Shown piece by piece: positions 17,721-26,676 of a stretch of DNA of 32,721 bases. The notes below the pieces were generated by a model. That model did no database searches. It was not told the DNA's origin and saw nothing but the letters and a program-made list of their open reading frames with translations. The stretch's first letter is position 1, and the number at the start of each line of letters is the position of its first letter. The position numbers were made by a program, and so were the translations under genes. The DNA lies in the NCBI GenBank assembly GCA_964012435.1, contig CAXGSM010000014.1, positions 1-32,721 on the forward strand, read 5' to 3'. The stretch is from an uncultured bacterium. GTDB taxonomy: Bacteria > UBP7 > UBA6624.

Positions 17721-18836
17721 GTGTTTTCTGTAAGAAATCGTATATTTGACAAATGGCTTTTTAATGAATTTCTAGGTCCTTTTCTTGCTGTTCTTTTTGG
17801 TTTTCTTCTTTTTGCGATTTTGGCTATGGATCTTTATCAAATGATTGATTTAGTTTCATCAAAACAGGTTCCAATTTTTGTTATATTCCACATGTTATTT
17901 TTAAGGTTACCATTTTGGATTGTTTTTGCACTACCAGTATCTCTTCTTTTTGCGATTTTTCTTTCTGTTTCAAGATTGATTCAGGATGGTGAATTTAGAG
18001 CTGTGAGAACTTCTGGCTGCTCAAAGGCTTCTATTTTTTATAGATTTGCTATTGTTGGCATCCTGGTTTCCTTGTTTTCTTTTTTCATACAGGAAAAATA
18101 TATGAAGGATTCTTTAACTGAATATTTCGAAATAGTAGCCAAGTTCAGCCAAAGTGACCTTATCAAAAGAGTTGAACCTGGAAAGTTTGTTTCAGGTCCA
18201 AATAATATGTACTATTATTTTGGTGAAATATCCCAGGAAGGAACAATACATGACATAAGGATACTTAAGTTAAATTTAATGAATTCTCCTAGAGAGCTGG
18301 TAAGAGCTGCAAGTGGAAATATTGAAAATCAAATTTTAGAGCTAAACAAAGGCCAATCAATTAAATTTTCTGACGAAGGAAGCAGGATAAAAATTCTTCA
18401 AAATTTTGAAAAAGCAGAGATTGACTTAGGTAGAGAGTTCTCAGGTTCAATTCCAATTATAGATAGCCCATTAGTTGACAATGCTGCTACATTAAAGGAA
18501 AAAGTCGAAAATCATAAATCACGATCTTTTTACCCAAAAAGACTTTTAGCTAGAGAGGAAACCGAACTTTATTACAGGTATAGTTTGCCTTTTGCTAATT
18601 TAATTTTTGTAATTTTTGCATTTCCGCTTGCTTTATCTATGGGGCAGTCTGGAAGAACTTCAGCTTTTTTTGTTGCTGTAATATCTTTTACTGTATATTG
18701 GGGTTTGATTGGCGTTGGTAGAGCTTTAGGTTACACAATGTCAATCTCTCCTTTGCTTGCAGGATGGCTTCCTAATCTCATATTTTCCATTATTGGAATC
18801 TTTTTTTTACTTTTTCTAAAGAGGAAGAATGTTTAG
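17721..18836 (+). CDS. lptF: LPS export permease, LptF/LptG family
   Basis: Three TM helices, ALP.SLL...SRL..DGEFRA...SG, periplasmic domain, three more TM helices, AGWLPNL; F versus G assigned by gene order only. Confidence 0.8.
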   Translation: MFSVRNRIFDKWLFNEFLGPFLAVLFGFLLFAILAMDLYQMIDLVSSKQVPIFVIFHMLFLRLPFWIVFALPVSLLFAIFLSVSRLIQDGEFRAVRTSGCSKASIFYRFAIVGILVSLFSFFIQEKYMKDSLTEYFEIVAKFSQSDLIKRVEPGKFVSGPNNMYYYFGEISQEGTIHDIRILKLNLMNSPRELVRAASGNIENQILELNKGQSIKFSDEGSRIKILQNFEKAEIDLGREFSGSIPIIDSPLVDNAATLKEKVENHKSRSFYPKRLLAREETELYYRYSLPFANLIFVIFAFPLALSMGQSGRTSAFFVAVISFTVYWGLIGVGRALGYTMSISPLLAGWLPNLIFSIIGIFFLLFLKRKNV

Positions 18837-19923
18837 AAGATTGAATTTTTACACTTTGAGGGAAGTGGTTCCTCCTGTTTTTCTTTTCACAATAGCGATA
18901 TTAGGTTTAGAGCTTTTAGGCACTGATTTTTATCAGTTAGTAGGAATTATTGTTGATAGAAAAATACCTGTAAAAGTTGTGCTTGAGATGTTATATTTAA
19001 GAATACCGTATTGGACATTTCACACATTACCGATTGCACTTGTCTTAGGTCTTTTGACAGGTTTGGGGCGAATTGAAAGAGATCTTGAATATAGAGCTTT
19101 AATTACATCCGGAATGGACCCAAAAAAAATGCTCATGCCACTTATGGTGCTTGCTTCATTTGTTTGCGTATTGAATTATTATTTTGGAGAGAAGTTGGTT
19201 CCAAAAACATTGGGTAAGTACAATGAATTAATTTCAAGATATGCACCTGAACAGATAGATGATAAAGAAGTTAAAGAAAATTTAATTTACTCTCATTTAG
19301 ATGGAACAATTGTTTTTATAGGAAAGCATGATAAAAAAAGAAACCTAGCTAAAAACATTATGGTTTTGTCAAGCGCTGATAAGGGCAGGGAAAGCTTATT
19401 ATTGGCTAGATCTGCATACATAGATGAAGATAGTTTAACGTTCCAAAGTGGAATTGAGTATCCTGTCCTTGGTGATTATTATGACTCAATTCCTTCACAG
19501 CCTTTTGACTCAATGGAAGGTTTTTTGAGCTTGGATCTTATTGATTCTTTAAAGGTTCCTGGGCAAGCTCTTGAAAGATATACACCAGATTTACAACAGG
19601 ATATCAAAAGAGCATCAGAGTGGGGTCAGAATCGTTCAGAAACAGCGCATTTACTATTAAATCTTCATTTGAAAATGTCTTTGCCGTTAAGTGCTATACT
19701 TTTAACATTGGTTGTTTTTCCATTATCTTTATGGGGTGGAATATCTAGAGGTTATTCAAATGTTTTTCTAGGCTTGGGTCTTTTTGGTATGTTTTTTGGT
19801 CTTTTAAACATTTTTAAATCTTTAGGATATCAAGATTTGATAAATCCTGTTGTAGCTGCATGGATGCCTAATTTGATATTTCTTGTTTTGGGTTTCTTCT
19901 TGTTAAAAAGGATGCCAAGATGA
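18829..19923 (+). CDS. lptG: LPS export permease, LptF/LptG family
   Basis: TLPIALVLG...GRIERDLEYRAL..SG, AAWMPNL; paralog of the upstream gene. Confidence 0.8.
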   Translation: MFRRLNFYTLREVVPPVFLFTIAILGLELLGTDFYQLVGIIVDRKIPVKVVLEMLYLRIPYWTFHTLPIALVLGLLTGLGRIERDLEYRALITSGMDPKKMLMPLMVLASFVCVLNYYFGEKLVPKTLGKYNELISRYAPEQIDDKEVKENLIYSHLDGTIVFIGKHDKKRNLAKNIMVLSSADKGRESLLLARSAYIDEDSLTFQSGIEYPVLGDYYDSIPSQPFDSMEGFLSLDLIDSLKVPGQALERYTPDLQQDIKRASEWGQNRSETAHLLLNLHLKMSLPLSAILLTLVVFPLSLWGGISRGYSNVFLGLGLFGMFFGLLNIFKSLGYQDLINPVVAAWMPNLIFLVLGFFLLKRMPR

Positions 19924-22133
19924 AAAAGCAAATATTTATTTTTATTTTGTTTTTTATGCCGTTGTTTAATGTTTTTTGTGATGAGGTTCCAATTGCAGCT
20001 GAAAAACTAGAAATTTTAGACGAAGGTAATTTGTGGATTGGAATTGGTGGAGTCTCTTTATCTTGGGAAGACTGGGAGATAAGTTCTGATGAGTTGGTTT
20101 TGGATTACATTCAAAAACAAATAATAGCGAATGGAAATGTTTTAATTGAAAAACCTGAATATATGGTTTATGCGGAATCTATGGATTATGACACACAAGC
20201 AGATTATTTTAAATTTAAAAATGCTAGAGGTTTTTTCCCTGGAGAAAAAGAACATCCTTTTTATTTTGAAGCTCAAAGTTATGAAGGTCGAGCAAATGCT
20301 TTTGTATTGAAATCTTCAAAAATGACTACATGTCTTCCTCCATGCAATAAAGAATGGGAGCTCACAAGCCGTAAAAGTTACATTGTTCCAAAAGAAAAAA
20401 TAGAAGCTTGGGGCGCTATATTTTGGATGGGTGGAGTGCCAGTTATGTATTTTCCATACATTTATCTGGATTTAAAGTCAAGAAATGGAGCTATAAATAT
20501 AACAGTTGGAAAAAATGATACTGAAGGTAAATTTGTTAAAAGTTCCTGGTATTACACAGTCAATCCTCAATTTGTAGGAGGTTTGATGTATGACTGGACA
20601 GAAAAAAAAGGAGATAAGAAGGGCCTGACTTCAAGTTATTGGTCATCTTTGCTGGGTGGATTGGGTTCTTTTTTGTATAACTCTTCAGAGGATCCTGGAA
20701 CTAATCAGAAAAACCAGATAGCTAATTTTAAACAACAGATAAAAATGGGTAATTTTATTGGAAGCATGTCATATAGTAAAAATGATACATATCTACCAAA
20801 CTCTTTTTCTGGATCAGAGAGAAGAAATGATGAAAATGCTAGTTTTAATCTTGGGTGGGATCAGGGTAATGGAGCAAAAACTGACATCAACGGCAGCTGG
20901 AGAACAAATAAAAATTCTTTTTCAGACCAGAAAAATTATTCCTTGATCCTTAAGGACAATAGAAAGATTGGACCTGTATCGTGGAGAAGTTCAGGAAATT
21001 TTTCTTCTAGAGATTCATTGAGTCAGATTGCTGCTGATGAGGAGCTGCAGGTTACCAGCACTATTTCTGGAAACGCTTCAGGCTATATCAAGAATTGGTC
21101 TTTGAATTTTTCAAAAAAATTAGATCCGGACGGAGATTCTTACACAGACGATGAAAATAGACCTTTTAGAGATCAGTTACCTTCATTAAAGCTAGGCCTT
21201 TCCAATTCTCTTTGGGATAACTCTATTGGAAGAGCTTTAGGCATAAATAGAATTGCATTTGAAGCTTCAAAAACAAAGTTTGGACCTGCGATAACAACAC
21301 CACAGAACCCAGATCCAAAAACCGAATTAGGTGAAGCTAAAATTACATTTTCTCAAAATCAAGTTTTATCGATCGGTAAACATTCATCTTTAACTGCCAG
21401 GAATTCTTTGGTTCAAGGTGTTTTTGACACAGGTGATGCTCAATACTCAATACAGCCATCTTTCACTTTGAGCTTACCTTTATCTTCTGAATGGAATACA
21501 ACTTTTAGTCATCAGTATAGAGATATACATGGTACAAATCCAATCACAACCAATATAGCATCAAAAACAAATAATCTATCTTGGCAAACCGGATTTAGAT
21601 CAAGCTTAGGAACGGATTTTAGATTTACTACAGGTTTTGATTTTATGAAAAATAGCATTTATGACCCCTCTTTGACTTACTCCTCCACACCATCTAAACA
21701 TAGTAGGTTGTCTTTAAATTGGGGTTGGTCACTTGTGAATGATCAGCCACGAGACTTGTCTTTGAGGATGCAAACAATTAAGAGGGGAAAGCTTGAATGG
21801 TCAATGAATACGAGTTGGGATATGCAAGACTGGGGTTTTAAATTGAAAACCCTTCAGTCAAAAGTCACAGCAAAACTTAATACTGGTTTCAGGGTTGGTT
21901 TGTCGATGAACCATAGATTTAATAGCAATGATCCCCTTTTAGATGAGGTTCTTGTAACAAAAGAAAACTGTTGTACATTTTGGCAATTGTCTTGGAGAAG
22001 ATTTGATGATGTTTTAATGTTTACATGGGGCATTAAAGCTTTTAGCGATCAACCATTAGGCATGGCTCATGGAAATGAGGGATTTGTAGTTACAACCATT
22101 CCTGGTCAGAGCCAGCTTGAGCAAGGTTTTTAG
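19920..22133 (+). CDS. lptD: LPS assembly protein LptD-like outer-membrane beta-barrel
   Basis: Signal peptide, OstA-like N-terminus (IIANGNVLI), MTTC, GVPVMYFPY, aromatic-rich beta strands, C-terminal CC pair (ENCCTFW). Confidence 0.72.
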   Translation: MKKQIFIFILFFMPLFNVFCDEVPIAAEKLEILDEGNLWIGIGGVSLSWEDWEISSDELVLDYIQKQIIANGNVLIEKPEYMVYAESMDYDTQADYFKFKNARGFFPGEKEHPFYFEAQSYEGRANAFVLKSSKMTTCLPPCNKEWELTSRKSYIVPKEKIEAWGAIFWMGGVPVMYFPYIYLDLKSRNGAINITVGKNDTEGKFVKSSWYYTVNPQFVGGLMYDWTEKKGDKKGLTSSYWSSLLGGLGSFLYNSSEDPGTNQKNQIANFKQQIKMGNFIGSMSYSKNDTYLPNSFSGSERRNDENASFNLGWDQGNGAKTDINGSWRTNKNSFSDQKNYSLILKDNRKIGPVSWRSSGNFSSRDSLSQIAADEELQVTSTISGNASGYIKNWSLNFSKKLDPDGDSYTDDENRPFRDQLPSLKLGLSNSLWDNSIGRALGINRIAFEASKTKFGPAITTPQNPDPKTELGEAKITFSQNQVLSIGKHSSLTARNSLVQGVFDTGDAQYSIQPSFTLSLPLSSEWNTTFSHQYRDIHGTNPITTNIASKTNNLSWQTGFRSSLGTDFRFTTGFDFMKNSIYDPSLTYSSTPSKHSRLSLNWGWSLVNDQPRDLSLRMQTIKRGKLEWSMNTSWDMQDWGFKLKTLQSKVTAKLNTGFRVGLSMNHRFNSNDPLLDEVLVTKENCCTFWQLSWRRFDDVLMFTWGIKAFSDQPLGMAHGNEGFVVTTIPGQSQLEQGF

Positions 22134-22999
22134 TTTTTTGGCTGGGATGTAAGGATCGCGATTAAGCTTAATGCACTGTTGACGTTTGATGAAGACTTTA
22201 GCTGTCTCCATTTTGAAAGCTCTAAAATCAAATTGGAATCATCATTTGTTTTGATTAAGAATTCAACAATTGCATAATATATTTTTTCATTTAATGGTTT
22301 CAAAACTTCTGGATTAATCCCTATTGCCTCCAGCCATTTATGTCTAAATTCATCATCTTTTCCAATTAAGTTCGTGCCAGAAAGAATGCTAGAAGCAAGT
22401 ATTTTTTGCTGAATGCTTCCATTTGTCAGTTCTCTCCATTCTTGCGCTATTTGCATAAGTGATTTGTCGTTTAGTTTTTCATCAACCTCAAGTCCATTTT
22501 TTTCGCAAATTGAATAGTTCCCTTCTGATTTTTTTGTAATTAAACTATTGTTTTTTACAAGTGTTGCCCTTGAGATTATTGTAGGAAGTATTACATTTGT
22601 TTTTATGCAATTTGCTATCACCACATGGCTATCTTTTATTTCCTCTAAAGGTTTTAATAAATTATTTTGTATGGTGTTGCTTGTATCAGCATTTGCAAGT
22701 AGATCAAAACCGTGAATCACCATCACCTTGACTTTATTGAATCTCGGTAATGTTTTAAAGAAATTTAGAGCAATTGTTGGCTTTTCATTCCAAAACCTTG
22801 AAAATCTTGGGTGGTAATTTTTTTTATTTATTTTTGTATTTTCATCTCCTTCATAGAGATCCACAATTTTCAAATCTTGATTTCCATTTTTATTTGTAAC
22901 TAATTGGTTTGCAATGGATATTGATGCTTTCCTGTTTTCTTTGACTGATATTCCATTGATCAGAATGAAACCTTTAGGTTTTTTTAATGTCAGATTCAT
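22130..22999 (-). CDS. holB: Degenerate DNA polymerase III delta-prime subunit
   Basis: NNLLKPLEE and ILPTIISRA resemble the NALLKTLEEP and LLPTIRSRC motifs; directly downstream of tmk (conserved tmk-holB synteny). Confidence 0.65.
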   Translation of the reverse strand: MNLTLKKPKGFILINGISVKENRKASISIANQLVTNKNGNQDLKIVDLYEGDENTKINKKNYHPRFSRFWNEKPTIALNFFKTLPRFNKVKVMVIHGFDLLANADTSNTIQNNLLKPLEEIKDSHVVIANCIKTNVILPTIISRATLVKNNSLITKKSEGNYSICEKNGLEVDEKLNDKSLMQIAQEWRELTNGSIQQKILASSILSGTNLIGKDDEFRHKWLEAIGINPEVLKPLNEKIYYAIVEFLIKTNDDSNLILELSKWRQLKSSSNVNSALSLIAILTSQPKN

Positions 23000-23619
23000 T
23001 TGAATTCAGAAAAACATCCCCTTATCAGTGAATGTGCTAAGTTTGTAACCTCGTCTATGTTTCGACCTTTGGTGTTGATCTTTACTATTCTTTCTGGATA
23101 GATATTACTTATTTTTAAAAAATTCTCTCTTAGTTTTTTATGAAAATTCAAACCTTTTTTTTCAAATTTATTTTTGTCTTTAGCTCTTTTTAAGCCCGTT
23201 TCAGCATTTATATCAAGCCAAATTGTTAAATCCGGAACACATGACCCAGCAGCAAGAAGGCAATATTGTTCAATTTCTTTAAACCTTTCAGGCTCCATTA
23301 AAGCCTGATAAGCTAATGTGGAGTCAAAAAATCTATCAGATAGTACCCAACTACCATTATCAAGTTCTTTTTTAATCAACCTTGTTACATGTTCGCTTCT
23401 TGCAAAAGAGATTATGTCAATTTCTTGATCCAAGTCAAAATCGTTATCAATCAAAGCAAGTCGTAGAGTTTCTGCAATTTTTGTGCCACCAGGTTCTCTT
23501 GTAGTGCAACATTTAATATTTTTTGCACTAATTATTTTTTTTAAATTTTGAATTAATGTAGTTTTCCCAGTGCCTTCTCCACCTTCTATTGTTATGAATT
23601 TTCCTTTTTTTGCTTTCAT
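22996..23619 (-). CDS. tmk: Thymidylate kinase
   Basis: FITIEGGEGTGKTT, TREPGGT, VLSDRFFDSTLAYQ, PDLTIWLD. Confidence 0.97.
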   Translation of the reverse strand: MKAKKGKFITIEGGEGTGKTTLIQNLKKIISAKNIKCCTTREPGGTKIAETLRLALIDNDFDLDQEIDIISFARSEHVTRLIKKELDNGSWVLSDRFFDSTLAYQALMEPERFKEIEQYCLLAAGSCVPDLTIWLDINAETGLKRAKDKNKFEKKGLNFHKKLRENFLKISNIYPERIVKINTKGRNIDEVTNLAHSLIRGCFSEFK

Positions 23620-24173
23620 GATTTTAAAAATGCTTTATGAAGCGTATTGTCACCAACTGCTTCAGGATGACATGATGATAACCAATGCCTTTCGTCCATC
23701 TTTACAACAGCTATGTTCTTTTTGCTATCTTCTTTTTTTGTAAAAGATGCCAAAATTTTAACTTTTTTGGTGTCCGATATATTTATTTTTGGAGCTCTAA
23801 TAAACATTGCTTTAAGTATTTTTTTTTGACCTTCAAAATGGAAATTCATCTCTTTGTAAAAACTTTCTTTTTGATTTCCAAATGCATTTCTGGTGCATGT
23901 TACGCCATTGTTTTTCATTTTTGCAATATGGATTGCACCAGCACATGTTCCCAACACAGGATTATCGAATTTTTTAATTTCTTGCCAAAGCCCTGTTTGT
24001 CGCCAAAGCATTTCTTGTGTGGTTGATTCCCCTCCCGGAAGTATCAAGTGTGTTATTCCTTTTATGTCTTTTCCTTCAACTATAATTTTGTTTTTAAAGC
24101 CAAGTGAATCTAGGATATTTTGATGTTCTTGGCAATTGCCTTGCCTTCCTGCAATCCCTACGATTCTAGACAC
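23616..24173 (-). CDS. pdxT: PLP synthase glutaminase subunit
   Basis: QG...[34 protein letters not shown]. Confidence 0.93.
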   Translation of the reverse strand: MSRIVGIAGRQGNCQEHQNILDSLGFKNKIIVEGKDIKGITHLILPGGESTTQEMLWRQTGLWQEIKKFDNPVLGTCAGAIHIAKMKNNGVTCTRNAFGNQKESFYKEMNFHFEGQKKILKAMFIRAPKINISDTKKVKILASFTKKEDSKKNIAVVKMDERHWLSSCHPEAVGDNTLHKAFLKS

Positions 24174-25035
24174 CTCTTTCCTGAAGTCTTTCCTCTTGTT
24201 TTAAAAGGTGTATATCCAAACCTTTCATTGGTTCACCTAAACCTCTTGATATTTCAACGAGTTTTGCCGGATTGTTCCAATGGTTTACTGAATCGACTAT
24301 AGCCTTTGCAACAAGTGGGGGGTTTTCGCTTTTGAATATACCGCTCCCTACAAACACTGCTTCTGCTCCAAGTGTCATCATAAGTGAGGCATCTGCAGGT
24401 GTTGCGATGCCGCCAGCTGCAAAATTAGGAACAATAAGATCTTTGTTGTCTATGATCTTTTTTATCAAACCCTCACTAACTCGGTGTTCTTTTGCTGCTG
24501 AAGAGATATTTTTTTCATTGAGTAAATTTTTAAGTTCTGATTTGATAAGCCTCATGTGTCTTACAGCTTCGACAATATTGCCTGTTCCAGCTTCACCTTT
24601 GGTTCTTAAAAGTGCAGCTCCTTCATCTATTCTTCTAAGTGCTTCTCCTAAATTTCTTGCTCCACACACTGTCGGAACCTCAATTTCATTTTTAGGTAAA
24701 TGAAATTCTTCATCTGCTGGTGTTAGAACTTCTGATTCGTCTATAAAGTCAACACCAATTGACTCCAGCATTCTTGCTTCTGCAATATGTCCGATTCTGC
24801 ATTTAGCCATTACGGGAATTGTGACAGATTCTCTGATCTCTTCAATAAGCTTGGGGTCAGACATTCTGGCAACTCCTCCATTGGAACGTATGTCTGCAGG
24901 AACTCTTTCTAAAGCCATTACTGCACATGCTCCAGAATCTTCAGCAATTTTTGCTTGTTCTGAATTCACAACATCCATTATCACTCCACCACAAAGCTGT
25001 CTTGCTAAACCTATATTTAATTCATATCTACTCAT
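24166..25035 (-). CDS. pdxS: PLP synthase lyase subunit
   Basis: [54 protein letters not shown]. Confidence 0.98.
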   Translation of the reverse strand: MSRYELNIGLARQLCGGVIMDVVNSEQAKIAEDSGACAVMALERVPADIRSNGGVARMSDPKLIEEIRESVTIPVMAKCRIGHIAEARMLESIGVDFIDESEVLTPADEEFHLPKNEIEVPTVCGARNLGEALRRIDEGAALLRTKGEAGTGNIVEAVRHMRLIKSELKNLLNEKNISSAAKEHRVSEGLIKKIIDNKDLIVPNFAAGGIATPADASLMMTLGAEAVFVGSGIFKSENPPLVAKAIVDSVNHWNNPAKLVEISRGLGEPMKGLDIHLLKQEERLQERGV

Positions 25036-25050
25036 TTTTTTTCTCCTTTT

Positions 25051-26676
25051 TTACTTGTCCCATTCTCCCTCTATCCCTAAGTCTTTAATTTCTTTTTCTA
25101 CATTCAAGTTATTTTTTTGTTTATTTTTATTTAAGTTTGGTTCTTTGTCAATAATTATTTTTAATTCTATTTTCTTTTTCAAGCATGCATTAGATACTGT
25201 TTCTATAACTTTTTTAGCAACATCTTGATTTAATTTTTTCCAAGCTATCGAATCGTTGTCTACTGAGATGAAAGCCGCATTGCCTTCCCATTTAATAAAT
25301 TTCTTCTTATTGAGAAGTATCCATAAATGCAAATCTGCTTGTTGTAAACTTCTAAGAAAGGTCTCCCAATCCTTGTCTTTTGGCTCTTGGATGGGTGTTG
25401 CAGGTGTTTCTTTTTTAGGTTTAGTTTTATTTGAAGATTGGTCTGCATGTTTTTTTTCTTTTGGCTCTTGGATGGGTGTTGCAGGTGTTTCTTTTTTAGG
25501 TTTAGTTTTATTTGAAGATTGGTCTGCATGTTTTTTTTCTTTTGGCTCTTGGATGGGTGTTGCAGGTGTTCTCTTCATCACAACATTCTTTGTTAAGCTT
25601 GCCTTTCCATTGATTTTTTGATGTATGTTAAAAGCGATAATCCTCCATAAAGTCAAGCCCTCTCTTTCCCATTTTAGACTTTTTTTAAGTTCTATAATTT
25701 CGTTTTGAACAATGAATATTTGATCATCTTTCCATTTTTCAGAAATACCGTTTTTTAAACGGTAGTAACCTTCATAGTTTTTGATTTTTTTATATATAAG
25801 TATGTTGTGAAAATATTCAATTGTTTGATCCAGGAATGGCCATATGGATATACCTGTATTAAAAAGTTTTTCTACATGGATCAAGCATTTTGTGGAATCT
25901 TCTTCGAGAAGTGACTCTATGAATGTTTCTATTCCTATAATGTCACTTAGCCCAAATAATTTAAAAGCATCTGCAAGTTTTATATTTTTTTCGGAGAAGG
26001 TAGATAGTTTTTCTAAATTTCCAAGTGCATCCCTAGCGCTTCCTTCTGAGATATAGGACATCAATTGTTCGACCCCTTTTTCCATTTTTATTTTTTCTTT
26101 TTTTGAAATTTTTATTATTAATTGGTTTAAATCAATAGCTCTGTGTGCATGGAAAGCTAAATTTTGACATCTACTTCTTATTGTTTCAGGAACTTTTTCC
26201 GGATTTGTTGTTGCCAAGATGAACATTACATGTTCTGGAGGATCTTCCATGGTTTTTAACAATGCATTAAAGGCTGCTTTTGAAAGCATATGAACTTCAT
26301 CAATTACATAGACCTTCTTCTTTCCATCTGGTGATGAAAACCTCATCTCTTCCTGTAGGTTTTCAACATCCCCTACGGATCTATTGCTAGCAGCATCGAT
26401 TTCAGATAGACATAATGAAGATCCTTGAAAGATGGATTTCACGATTTCTTCCTTAAGGTTTGGTTCAAATTCATTCACCCTTGATTCAGAATTAATTGCA
26501 GCAGCAAAGATTCTTGCTGTGGTTGTTTTACCTGTACCTCTAGGTCCATAAAAAAGCCATGCATGAGGTATTTGCTCCGTTCTTAGACAGTTTGTAAGTA
26601 TTTTTTTTGTTATTGACAAGCCTATTAAATCTTCGAATTGTCTAGGTCTATATTTGTTATATAAAACTTCAGCCAT
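25051..26676 (-). CDS. dnaX: DNA polymerase III gamma/tau subunit
   Basis: LYNKYRP, GPRGTGKTT, EIDAASN, IDEVHMLS..AFNALLK, LATT, TIRSRCQ, GSARDA. Confidence 0.97.
   Translation of the reverse strand: MAEVLYNKYRPRQFEDLIGLSITKKILTNCLRTEQIPHAWLFYGPRGTGKTTTARIFAAAINSESRVNEFEPNLKEEIVKSIFQGSSLCLSEIDAASNRSVGDVENLQEEMRFSSPDGKKKVYVIDEVHMLSKAAFNALLKTMEDPPEHVMFILATTNPEKVPETIRSRCQNLAFHAHRAIDLNQLIIKISKKEKIKMEKGVEQLMSYISEGSARDALGNLEKLSTFSEKNIKLADAFKLFGLSDIIGIETFIESLLEEDSTKCLIHVEKLFNTGISIWPFLDQTIEYFHNILIYKKIKNYEGYYRLKNGISEKWKDDQIFIVQNEIIELKKSLKWEREGLTLWRIIAFNIHQKINGKASLTKNVVMKRTPATPIQEPKEKKHADQSSNKTKPKKETPATPIQEPKEKKHADQSSNKTKPKKETPATPIQEPKDKDWETFLRSLQQADLHLWILLNKKKFIKWEGNAAFISVDNDSIAWKKLNQDVAKKVIETVSNACLKKKIELKIIIDKEPNLNKNKQKNNLNVEKEIKDLGIEGEWDK
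25376..25570. repeat. 81-bp perfect tandem repeat (about 2.4 copies) in the dnaX linker
   Basis: Units start at 25376, 25457 and 25538; encodes TPATPIQEPKEKKHADQSSNKTKPKKE. Confidence 0.95.

Noticed and set aside
25256..25621. Antisense and alternative-frame ORFs over the dnaX repeats
   Set aside because: Open frames result from the stop-poor repeat unit; no independent coding evidence
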